NCBI GenBank assembly: GCA_951406725.2
Contig: OX597819.1
Coordinates: forward strand, 71,672,001-71,736,000
Direction of reading: 5' to 3'
DNA: 64,000 nucleotides
Origin: Octopus vulgaris
Taxonomy: Eukaryota
A program made the translations under genes and the position numbers. Every line of letters begins with the position of its first letter. Within the stretch, counting starts at the first letter, position 1. Positions 14,316 through 29,443 of this stretch are shown piece after piece. The notes below the pieces were generated by a model. The model saw only the letters and a program-made list of their open reading frames with translations. It did no database searches and was not told where the DNA came from.

Positions 14316-14373
14316 CTATCTCTTTTTCTATCTATATTTATGTATTTATCTATCTACATATCTATTTACCTAT

Positions 14374-14408
<35 letters not shown>

Positions 14409-14440
14409 CCTATTTATCTATCTATGTCTATATATGCCTA

Positions 14441-14483
<43 letters not shown>

Positions 14484-14599
14484 CTTTCTATATCTTGGTA
14501 TTTGTATGCTCTGCGCGTGCGTGTGTATATGTCTGCCACAAGCACAAAAACAGGATTAATACCCAGTCAAATGTCTCAAATCATCAGAGCCTAAACAAC

Positions 14600-14880
14600 A
14601 GCGTCCAAATCATCGCATTCCGACGATTGTACACTAACAAATATTAGTCACGTGGTACAAGAGACTTAGCTCCTAATATACTGTGGATACAGGACGCTGG
14701 GCGAGGAAACATTGCCTGTACGGTTGCACGGTGTGAGATGTCAGATTCTGAAGTGATCGCCGAGAAACATGAAAAGAAGTGTTTTGCTCAGGAACACTAC
14801 ACACCGCCCATCCTGGAAATCGAAGCCAAGGTCTTGCGATCGTGAGTATAACACTCTAACTACTAGGCCACGTGCCTTCA
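14600..14880 (-). mobile_element. tRNA-derived CORE-like SINE (another family)
   Basis: Minus strand gaaggcacgtggcctagtagttagag...gcttcgatttcc...gtgttcctgagcaaaacactt. Confidence 0.7.
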
Positions 14881-15105
14881 ATTATGAGTGTGTGTGTGTA
14901 TGTGTGTGTGTGTTTGTGAGTGAGTGAGTTTAGACATGTATATATATATATATATAGGTACATACATACATGCATATGCATACATACGTATATACGATCA
15001 TACATATATAAATATATGTGAATATAAACACACATACACACGCAGATACACATACACACACACAGACACACACACACACACGTATATATATATATATATA
15101 TATAA

Positions 15106-16020
15106 ATTCAACATGCTGATGACAACGCTGCCCTTTGTCATTCAAAAGAAGAACTCCAACAGTCTGTGGACAACTTCGCTATGGCCTACCGTTGCTTTGG
15201 TCTTGCAACAAACACAAAGAAAACCAAGATCTCTGCGCAGTCAGCTCAAAATACCATCTTGGCAGATTTTGATAGTACCAATTCTGATACAACCCTCGAA
15301 CAAGTTGAGAGTTTGCTACATCTAGGCAGCTTTTTATTAAAGAAGTGCACCTCAGAAAAGGACATGGAACACAAAATTGGAGCTGCGTACGGGGCATTTG
15401 GAACACTAATGAAAAGCGTCTTCCACAGCAAAGATCTGAACTTAACAGCAAAGATTATGGTCCATAATGCTGTTGTTAATTTAACCTTGCTGTATGGCTG
15501 CAAAACCTGGATTTTGTATCCTGAACATCAAATGGGGACACTATGTTACCAGCATAAATGTCATGGAAAGAGCCAACAGTCAAAGTATCGTGTCCCTGAT
15601 CCTAAAACACCGTCTTCGATAGTTAGGACACGTTGCAAGAATGGAATAGTCAAGGTTCCCACACCAAGTTTTATTCAGTGAGCTCACTTCAGGGAAAAGA
15701 CCACGGGGTTGCCCCCGTCGAAAACTCAAGGACCAATTGAAAGCCACTGGCCTTGAGCCTAAATGGTTTGAAACCCAAATCGAGACAGTTCAAGTGACGG
15801 TGTTCCATCACTATAGGAACCAAAAATGTAGAAATCACCAGAAGAGAAAAAGAAGAAAACAAACAACAGGAGAGAAAGGCTCGACAAAATCAACTTCGTC
15901 CTCCACCAATATTGCCATGTAGTCAATGGTATCAATTCTTCCATGCAAGAACTGGTCTCAAGAGTCATCAACGGCATCACCATAAAAGAAGCGATGAGTA
16001 AAGAAATTAAATTCTTGGAT
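15106..16020 (+). pseudogene. RTE-clade LINE 3' fragment (RT, frameshifted)
   Basis: QHADDNA (YADD-like), FGLATNTKKTK, LEQVESLLHLGS, LLYGCKTW and GKRPRGCPR are RTE/BovB-type motifs. Confidence 0.85.
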
Positions 16021-16128
16021 ATATAAATGTATACATACATATGTTTGCATATAAATATATTTATGTATTATATGTATATAACGTATGGACATATATGTGT
16101 ATTTATATAATGAGATATATACATGTGT

Positions 16129-16174
<46 letters not shown>

Positions 16175-17710
16175 GTGTGTGTGTGTGTACGAGCGTGCAT
16201 ATACACAGATAATCAATCAATCAGCAACACCAACAACATCAATATGTTTGGTTAACTTTCATCATTGAACTAACCTGATTTATTAGATTCACGTTCAGTT
16301 AAAATTTACGTTTCGTTAATTACATTTATCACTCGAGAAAATTAATTGTATTCCTTTGTGTTTTTCTTCGATTATCTTTTTCCTAAAATATAAAAAATAA
16401 AGATATACAAAAGACTCATTCAATTCGTAAGAGACATATATAAAAAAAGTTAAATAAACATAAAAATACAAGTATAAAAAAGCAAATATAACGAAAAAAC
16501 TATAAAATGGAGGATGAAAAATAGATAATAGCTGTATGAATTGCAATTAAGTTAATTAGCAGGGGGATAAAATTTAATTAATATTATGATATTCACGTTC
16601 TGTTGCTCGAGCATTATTATCTAGAATTCAATGATATTGTCTAATTGTTGGTGATGAATTACTCCGCAGATACCCCGATGTACTATACGCAATTTATCAC
16701 ACGATACCATTTTCACCAGATAACGTACCACCAATAGCACCAGTCGACCATGTTGTCGTAAATTGCAGCGTTCTTAATTTCATGGAATTGTTATTCCTTA
16801 CAACAGTGGTTTCTATATTGTCTGCCAGTCCTTTTCAAATGAACGTTCAGACCCAATGCATTTATTAATGACACAATCCATTCAACATGTCCCTCTCACA
16901 ATCCATTCAACATTGTGTGCTATGACGTGATTGGGGGATGATGTGGCAGTTATTTCTTTCCACAGATCTTTTTAATTTGTGGCTATTTCCCTAGTCCTTC
17001 CGAAACTATATATAGTAGTAAATACATTCGATTTCAGACAGACATTAACTAAAAATTTCGTAAATGATCTTGGAGAAATAAGACTTACATAAGGTAATCT
17101 CCGAAGACTTTACCTCATTGTAATGTTAATATTATTGTATACATTTACTTATATCAGCCATATATGTGTAACATATGCTAAATACAACACTTTGGTTTGT
17201 TTACTACGTTGCGTAAGGAATCAAGTAGAAAAAAAAATCAATTTAAACAGCCTAATCAAAACGAATCAAGCCTGATCAATACTATGAATCAAATAGTATC
17301 GATCTTAAAAGGACAAGTATTGACATTTTAAATATATTTTTCAAATGTTTTGTTTTATAAAGCAAATCAGAACAGCCCTGTTATTCAATTTCTCTTTGTA
17401 AAATTTAATCTTAACTTGGTCCTCAAGGATAAAAGATAAACTTCTGGAAACTTTTCTGTTTTGTTATCTTCATAAATTTCAAAATTCAACTTTGCAAAAC
17501 AATGTTTTCTCCTATAAAGTAGTATTGGCAGAGTTGGAAGAAAGAATTGCAGTATTTGGGGGCAATTAACTTTTATAGATTTTTGTTGATACGACACTTT
17601 GACACACAGAACTTACAAAGGCAGGTTTTGTTCAGTATTTTAAAATAGTAGAAAATATATATAAGTATACACTGACTCACCCATTCATATGTTCACAGAA
17701 TTCACTTTAT

Positions 17711-18085
17711 ATTCTTTTTTACTCTAGGTACAAGACCGGAAATTTTTGTGGGAGTGAGTAAGTCGATTAGATCTACCCCAGTATGCAACTGGTACTTAAT
17801 TTATAGACCCCGAAAGGATGAAAGGCAATGTCGATCTCGGAGGAATTTGAACTCAGAACGTCAAGACAGAAGAAATACATATTTCTTTACTACCCACAAG
17901 GAGCTAAACACAGAGAGAACAAACAAGGACAGACAAAGGGATTAAGTTGATTATATCGACCCCAGTGCGTAACTGGTACTTAATTTATCGACCCCGAAAG
18001 GATGAAAGGCAAAGTCGACCTCGGCGGAATTTGAACTCAGAACGTAACGGCAGACGAAATACTGCTAAGCATTTCGCCCGGCGAA
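17711..18085 (-). mobile_element. SINE family A tandem/dimeric copy
   Basis: Two gaccccgaaaggatgaaaggc...tttgaactcagaacgt cores joined by ctttactacccacaagg...ctaaacacagagag; the same linker occurs at ~21975-22040. Confidence 0.8.
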
Positions 18086-18261
18086 ATAAGTACAAATGAT
18101 TAACCGTAACTTAAGAAATTCAATGTCAAGACTACGCGAATTATGAGGAAAACATTTTTCTTAATTTACCAGTTAATTAGTTCAGGCCGTAAATAAACAC
18201 CCGCGCGCTCACACACACCTGTTCATACATACATACATACATACATACATACATACATACA

Positions 18262-18294
<33 letters not shown>

Positions 18295-18303
18295 GTATGT
18301 ATG

Positions 18304-18371
<68 letters not shown>

Positions 18372-18564
18372 ATATATTCATTTTTTAAAGGTAAAGATTG
18401 ATAGTATCTACAAAGTGTCGGTTTTCAAGCTGTCGCTAGTCTGTCGCTTCATTTTCTTTGTAAAAATAGATAATCATGGTTCTGTACTAAAATGTATTCA
18501 GAATTCATAAATCTAATCTTGAATCTTTAACTCTACATAACAAGCTCATGTTTATATATATATA

Positions 18565-19787
18565 CAGGGGTTGGACAAAATAATGGAAACACATTAAAAT
18601 TTCAAACAAAATTATTTTAATATGGGGTAGGACCGCCTTAGACAGTAATTACACCTTGTATTCTACGAGGTATGGACTCGTACAAACTTTGAATTGTTTC
18701 CAAAGGAATTTCTGTCCATTCTTCAGCTAAAACAGTCTCCAGTTCTTGTAGTGATGATGGTGGAGGATATCGACTCCTTATTTGTTTTTCTAAAATACCC
18801 CATTAATGTTCAATAATATTGAGATCCGGGGACTGTGATGGGCTGATACGTTGTTCAGCTTCGCTAGAATTTTCCTCGTGCCATTCAGTAACAACTTTAG
18901 CTGTGTGAATTGATGCATTATCATCCTGAAAGACTGCGTTTCTCTCCGGAAACAGTTTCACCACCATAGGATTAATTTGATCAGATAAAATGCTTAAATA
19001 GTCTTGACTATTAATTCTGCCATAAAGGGAAACCATTGGGCTGGCGGAATTCCAAGATATAGCCCCGCAGACCATCACAGATCTTCTTCCATGTTTTACA
19101 ATTCAAAGAATGCAATCTGGTTCAAATGCTTCTTTCGGCTATCTCTACACGTTTACTCGGCCGGTGATCGGAAATAAAGTAAAGTACTACTCGTCAGAGA
19201 AAATTACATTCTTCCACTGCTTTAGGGACCAGTTCTGTAGGTTTTTACTCCACTCTAAACGCTTTGCAACGTTTGTTTTTGAAAGCAATGGTTTTCTGAT
19301 TGGAGCCCGCCCGTGAAATCCGGCTTTGTGCAGCTCCCGGCGAACAATTTTTTTGGAAACTGGATTCTCAAGGTAGTCATTAAGCTCTGCGGTAACTTTG
19401 GGAGCTGTATTTTTGTGATCCTTTCTAACAATTTGCATAAGAGTCCAATTTTTGGTTTTCTTGTGGAGTTTTGTTTCGACGAGGCGATTTTTCCCTCTTT
19501 CTCAAAGGCTGTCATTTCTTTCGAGACAGTACTTCATGATACACCAAACATTTCGGCTGTTCTCGTTACGCTATTGCCTGGTATACGAGCACCAACAATT
19601 TGACTTCTTTGAAAGCCCGATAGAGCTGTCATTTTAATGAATTTTAATTACCTTTAACTGATGATATCTAAAAAGAAACAGCAAGCGTAGCAAAACATAT
19701 TAAGGAACACTAATAATAAACCAATAAAAATAAACAAGCTTTTGACGGTTTTATAGATATTTCCAAATTATGATGCTAGGTGTTTCC
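18565..19787 (-). mobile_element. Tc1-family DNA transposon, decayed
   Basis: ta|caggggttggacaaaataatggaaacac left TIR; right TIR truncated at gtgtttcc by a TA-rich tract; internal transposase relic. Confidence 0.9.
18617..19632 (-). pseudogene. Tc1 (DD34E) transposase pseudogene
   Basis: MTALSGFQRSQIVGAR..., WKNVIFSDE, VMVCGAIS, FQDDNASIH, SQSPDLNIIEH, GGPTPY*; contains stops and frameshifts. Confidence 0.92.
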
Positions 19788-19811
19788 CTATATATATACA
19801 TTTACATATAC

Positions 19812-19867
<56 letters not shown>

Positions 19868-22504
19868 GTATGTATGTATTATGTGTGTGTGTATTTATTT
19901 TGCACAGTCCAAACTATAAAGTGCACTGTAATAAAAAAAAGAAGTTTTTAGAATTTTCTGTGTATTCCGGTGCTTATTATTGCATTTGTGTTTTTTTTAT
20001 ATGAATCTTAAGATTTGAGGCTTTAGAGAGTAAATAGGGAAAATAAAAGAATCTACGTGACATTGTTTATACGGTATTTAGTTACAGCATCTTACGTACA
20101 TTTCATTAACAAAATGTAATTATGAATCATATAATGTAAATTACATAATAATGACCTGATTTCAAATCATCAGAGACGTGTGGCATTCCTAACTTTATTA
20201 GACTGTAGAAATGTCGGCAAAATCAACCTTCGTGGTGGTGGGACATGATTGAAGACCACATATTCATTTATTACATTTAGAACAAATATTTCTGGTGTAG
20301 CCCATCCATCTACCCAAGTCATACTTTCGAGATTCACGCTGCAAATTGAAGCTAACGAAATATATATCAGCGTCAGAGTGCTCTCTTTACTGACAGTGAC
20401 ATATCCTTCTGATCTAGCAAGCCTTACCTCTAAGTGAACTCAAATGTGTTGATCTAAAACGTTTTCCACTGTCCTTGATACGATTTAAGCGTTCAACTCC
20501 TTGGATATCTTTTCAAGTAACATCTCCAATTGACTATTTCAAATCTCTTCATAGGCACAGTTTAATATCCACTCTCTGGTCACTATTGCTATTTATAAAT
20601 CTAAAAGGCAAGGCAGTTGTTTTAATAAGAAATCGATCTAAACATATGATTTGGAAATAATATTTTCATGCATGTGTATAATTCAATTTTATTTCACAGT
20701 ATTTCGATGAATTTCCAATTAATTTATGGATTGCTGACATGAAATTTCAAGTTCCCCCTTATATATATGTTTGTGAGTTGAGTGTGTGTCTGTGTGTGTG
20801 TGTGTGTGTGCGGGTATATGAATTTATATACATATATATATATATATATAAATACACACAGACGCTAGTGAATGTGCGTCTAGCGTGTGTGTATGTGTGT
20901 ATGCGTTTGCGTACGTGAGTGATTTGGCATTATGTATCTCATATAATTTACGCTTTTTTAACATTTCGCTTATTAAATTATTCTAATAACGATTATAAAT
21001 ACAATAACGACAATAAACAAAACGGTGCCATGAATATCAATAACAACAACAACATCAACAACAACAATAGCAGTAACGTGAACAATAAAATAACATCATT
21101 GATTTCCTCTTGAACATCATCTTCCTGATAAAAAGCGGCCAGTCGTCAGCTTTATTTAGCATCTGCTACACGTACACGGCTGATATATGTAAATATGATT
21201 AATCTAATTTGCTTCGACTAATACATAATAATTGCAGCTAATAGTACAAGCATAGCGTAGACGATGGTTTTGGTCGTGTTACTATCGGCTCCGATGATAA
21301 AAGAAGCAACACTGCAGAGACAAAGGTCTCAAATATCCTGCAGGATACTTTACCGGTTCAAAGTCGAGTAAACATCGAATCTAATTTCCATTCCTATTAG
21401 ACTTGACTTCGCCTTAAGAAGCTTTAAAATCTACATAATTGTTTGTAATTCGTAACATCTGTACAAGGTCTGGACTTACATATTTTATCGACATCAACAT
21501 GATGGAGAGCAAAGTTGACTCTGGCGAAAATGCAATTCATGACGCAATGCGGGATGAAATGCCATCCACGATTTTGCCTCACGTGCTAATCATTTTACCT
21601 GCTCACCACCTTTTTAATAATGGTTTCAAATTTTGGCACAAAGTCAGCAATTTCGGGTAAGGGTGCTCAGCTGCTACTGGGAAGGATGAAAGGCAAAGTT
21701 GGCGTGGGAGGAATTTGAACTGAGAACGTAAAGACGGACAAAATGTCGCTAACAACTCAACCAGCTCGCCGCCTTTTCCAACTTTTTAAAAATAACAATG
21801 ATAATATTGTTTTCAAATTTTGGGACAAGGCCAGCAATTTCATAGGGAGGTGATACGTCAATTACATTGACCCTGGTGTCCAACAGGTACTTATTTAATC
21901 GACCCCGACAGGACGAAAGGCCAAGTTTACTACGGTGAAATTTAAATTCAGAACGTAGAGGCGGAAATATTAACTATTTCTTTACTACCTACAAGGGGCT
22001 AAACACAGAGAGGACAAATAAGGAGAGACAAACGGATTAAGTCGATTACATCGACGCCGAAAGGATGAAAGGCAAAGTCGACCTCGGTTGAATTTGAACT
22101 TAGAACGTAACGGCAGACGAAATACCACTAAGCATTTCGCCCGGCGTGCTAACGTTTCTGCCAGCTCGCTGCTTTTTTTTTAAATGCTATATATTCTTAA
22201 ATGATAAATACAATTATCATTTAAATTGGGGCCTTTAAACAGGTTTCTTACTACTTCATTTAATTAACATAAAATATACCATTATAAAATAAACCATTGT
22301 TTCATACTCACACGTCTTGATATTTTCTATTGTTTCTAAGTGCAGGCGTGGCTGCGTGGTAGGAAGTTTGCTTCACAACCACATGGTTCTGGGTACAGTC
22401 CCACTGCGTTTTACCTTGGACGAGTGTCTTCTTCTATAGCCACGGGCCAACCAATGCCTTGTGACTAGATTTGGTAGATGGAAACTGAAAAGAAACCCGT
22501 CGTG

Positions 22505-22542
<38 letters not shown>

Positions 22543-23110
22543 AGCGTGTGTGTGTGTGTGTGCACGCGTGTGTGTGTGTGCACGCGTGTGTGTGTGCACG
22601 TGTGTGTGTGTGTAAAAAGGTTGAATTTGTTTCGTCCTTTAATTTGGAAGTTTCCAAAACAAGATTCCTAATATAGATTCTTCATATTTTGATGCTAGCT
22701 TATTGGCGTGAAATTACAAATAAGAAAACAGTACTTGTATATGGTGTGTTGTGAATTTATGGCATGAAATCTCATAAATCTCAACAATTTTGATAAAAAT
22801 GGAGATGTCAGAATATATATGAGAATTTTAATTCATGCAGTCTGTCGTATCGTACAGCGATATATAAATCATGCAAATTCATGGTAGAATAAAATTAATT
22901 AAATTAATTAGATTAAATTAAATTAATTACATACCACTGTAGTCTTTAGTGCAAGAAGTATAAACAAAATTTTTACAAAGGACTTGAGAAAGGAAAAAGC
23001 AGAATAGAATAAGACTGCACGTAGAACCTTGTAAGAATTTTAGTGAAGTGCAAAAACCTGACGGGACGCTCGTTTTATTCATTCTATCCTGCTTTTACTA
23101 CTACGCTACT

Positions 23111-23480
23111 GGAGGCGCAATGGCCCAGTGGTTAAGGCAGCGGACTCGCGGTCGTAAGATCGCGGTTTCGATTTCCAAACCGTTGTGAGTGTTTTTTGCG
23201 CGAAAACACCTAAAGCTACACAAGGCTCCGGCAGTGGGGTGGTGAACCCTGCTATACTCTTTCATCACAACTTTCTCTCACTCTTTCTTCCTGTTTCTGT
23301 TGTAACTGTATTTTAAAGGGCCAGCCTTGTCACATTCTGTGTCACGCTGAATCTCCTCGAGAATTATGTTAAGGGAACACGTGTCTGTGGTGTGCTCAGC
23401 CACTTGCAAGTTCATTTCATGTGCCGGCTGTTCCGTTGATCAGATCAACTGGGACCCTCGTCGTCGTGCCACGGCAACTA
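23111..23480 (+). mobile_element. SINE family C (tail variant 2), full length
   Basis: ggaggcgcaatggcccagtggttaagg head; tail gctgttccgttgatcagatcaactgggaccctcgtcgtcgt. Related copies at 23537-23810(-) and 27740-27990(+). Confidence 0.87.
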
Positions 23481-23814
23481 CGCTACTACTATTGATGCTT
23501 CTGGTAATGATCTAAATTAGTTGGAGGAAGTGGTACACCGTCGGTTGCGACGACGAGTATTCCAGAATCTAGTTGATCCAATCAAAGTAACATCCTGCAT
23601 ATGAAATTAGCGTACAAGTGGCTGAGTACTCCACAGACACGCATAACGTTAACGTAGTTCTCATGGAGATTCCTGCATGACACCGAATGTGACAAGGGTG
23701 GCTCCTTTGGAATTACAGGTACAACTTATTTTTGCTCAAGGACGCAATGTACCGCCCAGAATCCGACTCACGACTTAACAATCGTGAGTCCCTTGACCAC
23801 TAAGCCACGCGCCT

Positions 23815-24085
23815 ACAGAAGATAAGGACAAAGTTCGTTCCCGATTCATGTAGACTCATAGGGTCGGTTTCCTGGTTTCCGTGGGGCATATATTCCATGC
23901 CCGCTTCCTTCACGGGACCCCGCTCCGTCGTGGGATTACTCATTTTTATCCACAGCTGAGTGGACTGAAGCAACGTGAAATAAAGTGTTTTGTTCAAGAA
24001 CACACTACGTCGCCCGCTCCAAGAAACGAAACCACAACCTTATAACCGTGAGTCCAACGCCCAAACCACTGAGCCACCCGCCATC
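23815..24085 (-). mobile_element. tRNA-derived SINE with CORE-like and V-like central region
   Basis: Minus strand gtggctcagtggtttgggcg...gtgttcttgaacaaaacactttatttcacgttgcttcagtccactcagctg...ggaaaccaggaaaccg. Confidence 0.65.
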
Positions 24086-24789
24086 ACATTCTGGTAATTA
24101 TTTGAATCAGTTGAATGAATCCCTTAACTGAAAGACTAATAAAATCACATCAAGAGAATGATAGTCTCCTTGAGCTCATCTTAGCTTTTATCCACGTAAT
24201 TCACATCTAACACGGCCACATGAATTTTCGGCTGCTTCTTAATGAAACATACGTCAATACATCGATTCAATAGTGTTCTCTTTGCTTACAGGGAACTTAT
24301 AAACCTCGGCGTACTTCCTTGATGGTTTACTAACTGGGTGAATGAGCGAATGGTTTACAAGAACAGGACTAAAACGGCTCTTCTTCGGATCATGTGCCTC
24401 TGAAAAAGTTAATTTAACAGAAATCGGAATTTCTATGAAATACTCACGGAATGGTTTGCATTCAGCTGACGAGTAGTTTGTCAGCGAAATAGAACTCCAA
24501 ACAACGGAGGTAGTTAGACCTAACCTAAGATCATGTGCATATGTGTGTGTGTTTTTATTTTGTGTGCGTATGTGTGTGTGTGTAGAAGGTTGAAAAGTAA
24601 CACACGAGTTGATATGTATAAGGAAAATAGGATAAGGTAGAAAATATTAGAAAATTAGTACGTGAGACAAAAACGTGAATAGCATTTCATCCCGCTTTGC
24701 ATCATGAATTCCATTTTTGCCAGAGTCAGCTTTGTCCTTCATCATATTGGGGTCGATAAAATAAGTAAGTCCAGATATATATATATTTT

Positions 24790-26513
24790 TATTGTAAGGT
24801 ATTAGAAAAATACGGCAACCCATTCTCCCTCTACATAGAAAATAACTGGAAGAGGTACCTGGATGACTGTTTCATTCTTTGCATAAAAGTATAATCAGAC
24901 TTAAAGAATTTCAAGCACTTATAAATGGACTTGACGTAAATATTCAATTTACGCTGGAGTATAGTCATCAACATCTTCCTTTCCTCGACATCCTCATTAA
25001 GAAATTTAACAACAAAAAAGAAACAGTTATATACTCTAAGCCCACGGACTCGAAGCAATATCTACCGTTCAACTCGTGCCACCCCAGACACACTAGAATG
25101 AATATTGTCTTACACCTATCAAAAAGGATTTGTACTATAGTTTCTAATACAGACACCAGGGATATACGGCTACAAGAACTAAAGGATACACTCATCACCA
25201 CTAATTGGTATAGCTTTCATAAAGAATACACTCATCATCACTAATTGGTATAGCTTTCAAATTGCCCTCCAACTCAACATCCACGAACTCAGACATCTCA
25301 AACTAAAGAAGGATTTACAACCAAAAGCCTTACCATACATCCTCACACACAACCCCTTAACAATGAAACCTTCGACACCATTCTCCAGAACTTCCTCTAC
25401 TAAAAAGGGGTCACAGAATGTTTTTAACCCTCCAAACGCACACCATCATAAAGAGCAAAAGACAAGCCAAATCTATGAAAAGTTTACTAACACAAGCCCA
25501 AGTATACTCGGCAACAACACTGAAGCTGTCAGTAAAAGATGCGGAAGACCTAACTGTAGTATATGCGTCGACCTAATTGAGAGATCGGAGTTCTCTTTCA
25601 AACAGGGTCAACGTTCTACAGTGAAAAACAACTTCACATGTTCTTCGGAAAATCTAGTATATGTATTAACTTCCTCAGGGTGTTGAGAGCAATACATAGG
25701 CCAAACCCAAAACAGTCTACGTCAAAGGATGACTCTATATAGATCCCAGATCAAAATTCGGGAATACAGAAAAATAGCATTCAGAGAATATATGGACATT
25801 TACGCCGCTAACGAACATCCGAACTTCAGAAGTTTTCCTCTCTATCAAATCAGCGCATTAGCAAAGAGTCATATTTTATCACAAAATATAAACCCCTTTC
25901 GAATGTAACCACCACAAATGACACTACTACAAAGGTCTTACAATAATATCCTTGCAAATATTAAAAACGGTATATTCAGAACAGTCACTACCCTTGAATT
26001 TATTCAGAAAAAATCCAATCACAACTATAACTACAACAAAGTGCTTTTAGGTCACAACCATTTAAGAGGATTCCACCTTTACTACTGATATACCACTTCC
26101 ATATTTTTCTTTATTCTTTCTCTTCTTTTCCTTTCTTCTTCTTCTTCTTCTTCTTCTTCTTCTTCTTCTTCTTCTTCTTTTTCACCGCCTCCTTCCTAGC
26201 TACTGCTGCTTAAACAATCAAAACGAAGAACTCACATCTTTCATATCAAATATTCTTTTAGGACTGCTACTACCTACTACTTACTATCAAGCCTTTACAA
26301 GGGAAAAGAGAGACGGGCAGACACACAGGAAAAAGGAAAATGTCCCTTGTATTTGAAAACTATGGAAATATTTCAAAAACATTTCATTTAATATTTCCAC
26401 AATTTGTTTTTCATTTTATTACTCTAAGTTCAAGAAGTCACAAAGTCTGAAACCGGTACTAAAATGTTCTCCATGATAAAATTATTTTACCATTTTCTAG
26501 CTTGTCTTATTTT

Positions 26514-26515
<2 letters not shown>
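24790..26515 (+). mobile_element. 5'-truncated Penelope-like retroelement (RT C-terminus + GIY-YIG), between (TA)n tracts
   Basis: WKRYLDDCF, IQFTLE, LPFLDILI, YSKPTD, SCHPRH, CGRPNCSIC, FTCSSENLVYVL..YIGQT..LRQR; frameshifted. Decayed HHR-like GAAACCGGTA at ~26449. Confidence 0.9.
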
Positions 26516-26605
<90 letters not shown>

Positions 26606-26712
26606 GCCAGTTTCGTTTGTGCTACATGAATGAGAAGTCAGTGGTAATGTTACAATTTCATGTTATCATAAAATGTTTTCATTCCATCTTAGTGGAAGGA
26701 GGGATATTTTAG

Positions 26713-26786
<74 letters not shown>

Positions 26787-29367
26787 TGTAATATATACTA
26801 TATCATGATACATTCGATTTACATTTTGGTTATTTTGTTTAGTAGAATCAATTGTAGCTGGCACTAAGCCATATAAAGTGGTATGATGATCCATTAAGAA
26901 AGTCTCTACGGAAGCTGTTGGACTACTAGAAATAAATGTTAAATCTCCACCAAATTACACACTGATGTTACTTTCATAAGAATAAGGAAAACAAGTGAAA
27001 TATTTCGTAGCATAGCGACGGAAAGAATTTGAAGATTGAGTTGATTGTTATGGTCGGGACATCTTCAGTTACATATCTGCTAGACACGATGAACGGAAAA
27101 TAAGAATGGCAACATAAATCAACAACATCTTTGCTAGCAACAGCAGGTTTTATGTATTATTATTTTTTGTGACATTTATTATCGTGATTATATTTATTAT
27201 AAGATGCTTTATGACATTCATTCCAGCTCCGTATATTTTGAGATCTAATCCTGCCAGGATCATCTTTACTTCTTCTCCTCCACAGTGTTGATGCTATATA
27301 CTGTCGCTTAAAATTGTTGGCACCGTGCCTAATACAGAATCCGTTATTATGCCATTCGCTAATGTGCTATAGACTCAAATTTGAAATATGTTGGGCCTCC
27401 TGCTAGTTACATGCTTTATGCTTAATATTACTTCACAACAAATCTAATAAAATTGCAGTGGAGCCGTGTCAGTGACCGGGTCGCAATCGGTGCGATGAAA
27501 ATGTTTGTCACCAAATAATGAATGTTTAAATGAAGTTAAAAGCCTGTACATTTTTGGAATGGTTAATGTGCCTTCCAAGTTGTAATTGTTTTAGTTTTAA
27601 CAGCCTCAGATCAAATCACTTGACACGCAACTACATTTCCGAATTCAATAATGCTTTTCATACGAAATAAATTGTTTTACTATTTGTTACGTTCTATAAT
27701 ATACACTGCGTGCTTTATACAGCGGCATATACACGTGAAGGCAGGTGGCTCAGTGGTTAGACCATTTGGCTAACGATCGGAAGGTCGTAAGTTCGATTCT
27801 GGGCCGCGCGTTGTGTGCTTTATTATCAGTTGTTCCAATCGACTCAGGCTTATCACGCTGAATTTCCCTGAGAACTATGTCAAAGGTACGCGTGTCTGTG
27901 GAGAGCTCAACCACTTGTAGGTTAATTTCACGAGCAGGCTGATCCGTTGATCGAAACAACTTGAACGCTCGTCGTCGTGTCAGACGGAGAACCAGACAGG
28001 CAATTCACCCACTATTAATATACGACACACCCGCTTCAATCTCTAAGATACCAACTGCAATAGTAAAAGACGATATTATAATACAAGATATTGTTTCACT
28101 CAATATCTTGCACAATACTTTTACGTCACATCCATACATTTCCAAATCTATTTTCGTTTCGCTTAAAATTCATCAAAATAAAAATGGTGGAGTAGGTGGG
28201 TGAGAACAAAAGACAACTTTTAGAAATAATATAAGAATTAAGAAAACTAATTCAAGATATTTTTGTTTTATCCTCTCGATCATAATCTAGTGTCAATTAC
28301 GAAGCAATAGATTCTCAAAGAAAATGCTGAGCTAACTGATGTAACGATCGTTAAACTAGTCAAATATTGGTGGAGAGCTATTTCTGTCTTTAAAATCTCG
28401 CTGCCGTTATAACTTTCAGCAGTTAAATATTGCGATGATTATATTACTAATAGTCGAATCATCTATTTTTCAGTAATCAAATCTTTCAGCTAATTTCAGT
28501 CACTACTCCGATCGCACTTTAGTGAAACTTCCTTCTAGTCGCCATATCTTTCACAGCAGAAACCATGCAAGCATCAAATCAATCGATGGTCGTTAAATAC
28601 GTTATAGGTTAAATGATCCAACGCTCAAATTTTCCAGTGATAAGCATATTTCATTAGTGAATTCGCACAGACGCCATATATACTCCGGTGAGGAACTAAA
28701 ATATCTCAATGGCTTAAACCGTTTGCAGATTATTTACAAACAACACTCGTCAAATTTTCTAATGCTCAAAATTTCCAGTCAATTATTCCAGGAAATAAAC
28801 TCCTCCGACATTAAAACCCAAATCACTCATTAGTGAAATCATCCGATGTTAAATCTGCCACAGATCCAAATGGCTATTGGTCAAATATTCCTGAGGTTAT
28901 CCTAACGCTAATTTAGAAAGAGTTCGTGGAAATTTTAAAGATATCCCAATGAAATGAAAACTTTCTCTAATTCTTCAGTTAGATGTTATATTTGCACAAG
29001 GTCACAAGGGAAAAGTTTTGTGTTAACATTTCAATAATTTATTGCTATAATTAACGCAGGGCTAGAGATGCATAGAACAAGCCAACCAAGAGCCGGTTGT
29101 TGCTGAGGATAAAATATCTCATTCATCCCTGAATAGTTAGAGCAACATTAAAAATGGCTTTCCAGGTTTGATTTTCCTGTTTGATACGCACACAACAGCG
29201 CGCTCACAGACACACACGTATAATCGGATAACTTCATTCCTGTAGCTTGCCAGCCAAATTTCTATTACTTTGTGTGAACGTTCTGTATTTGTATAATATA
29301 TCAAATATATTTCTTCTATTTCAATGATACTCAGATCTACTTCTTCTGTTGCCACACACATGATTCG

Positions 29368-29443
<76 letters not shown>

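Noticed and set aside
16600-16900. Possible Tc1/mariner catalytic-domain relic on the minus strand
   Set aside because: Only vague motif similarity with many stops.
23111-23185. tRNA gene-like sequences (also 12930, 27740, 59885)
   Set aside because: A/B boxes continue into SINE bodies; no complete cloverleaf or terminator.
25684-25686. In-frame TGA in the PLE GIY-YIG region as possible selenocysteine
   Set aside because: It falls after the conserved Cys at a position where GGA>TGA decay is the simpler reading. The copy has many other lesions and no SECIS was identified.
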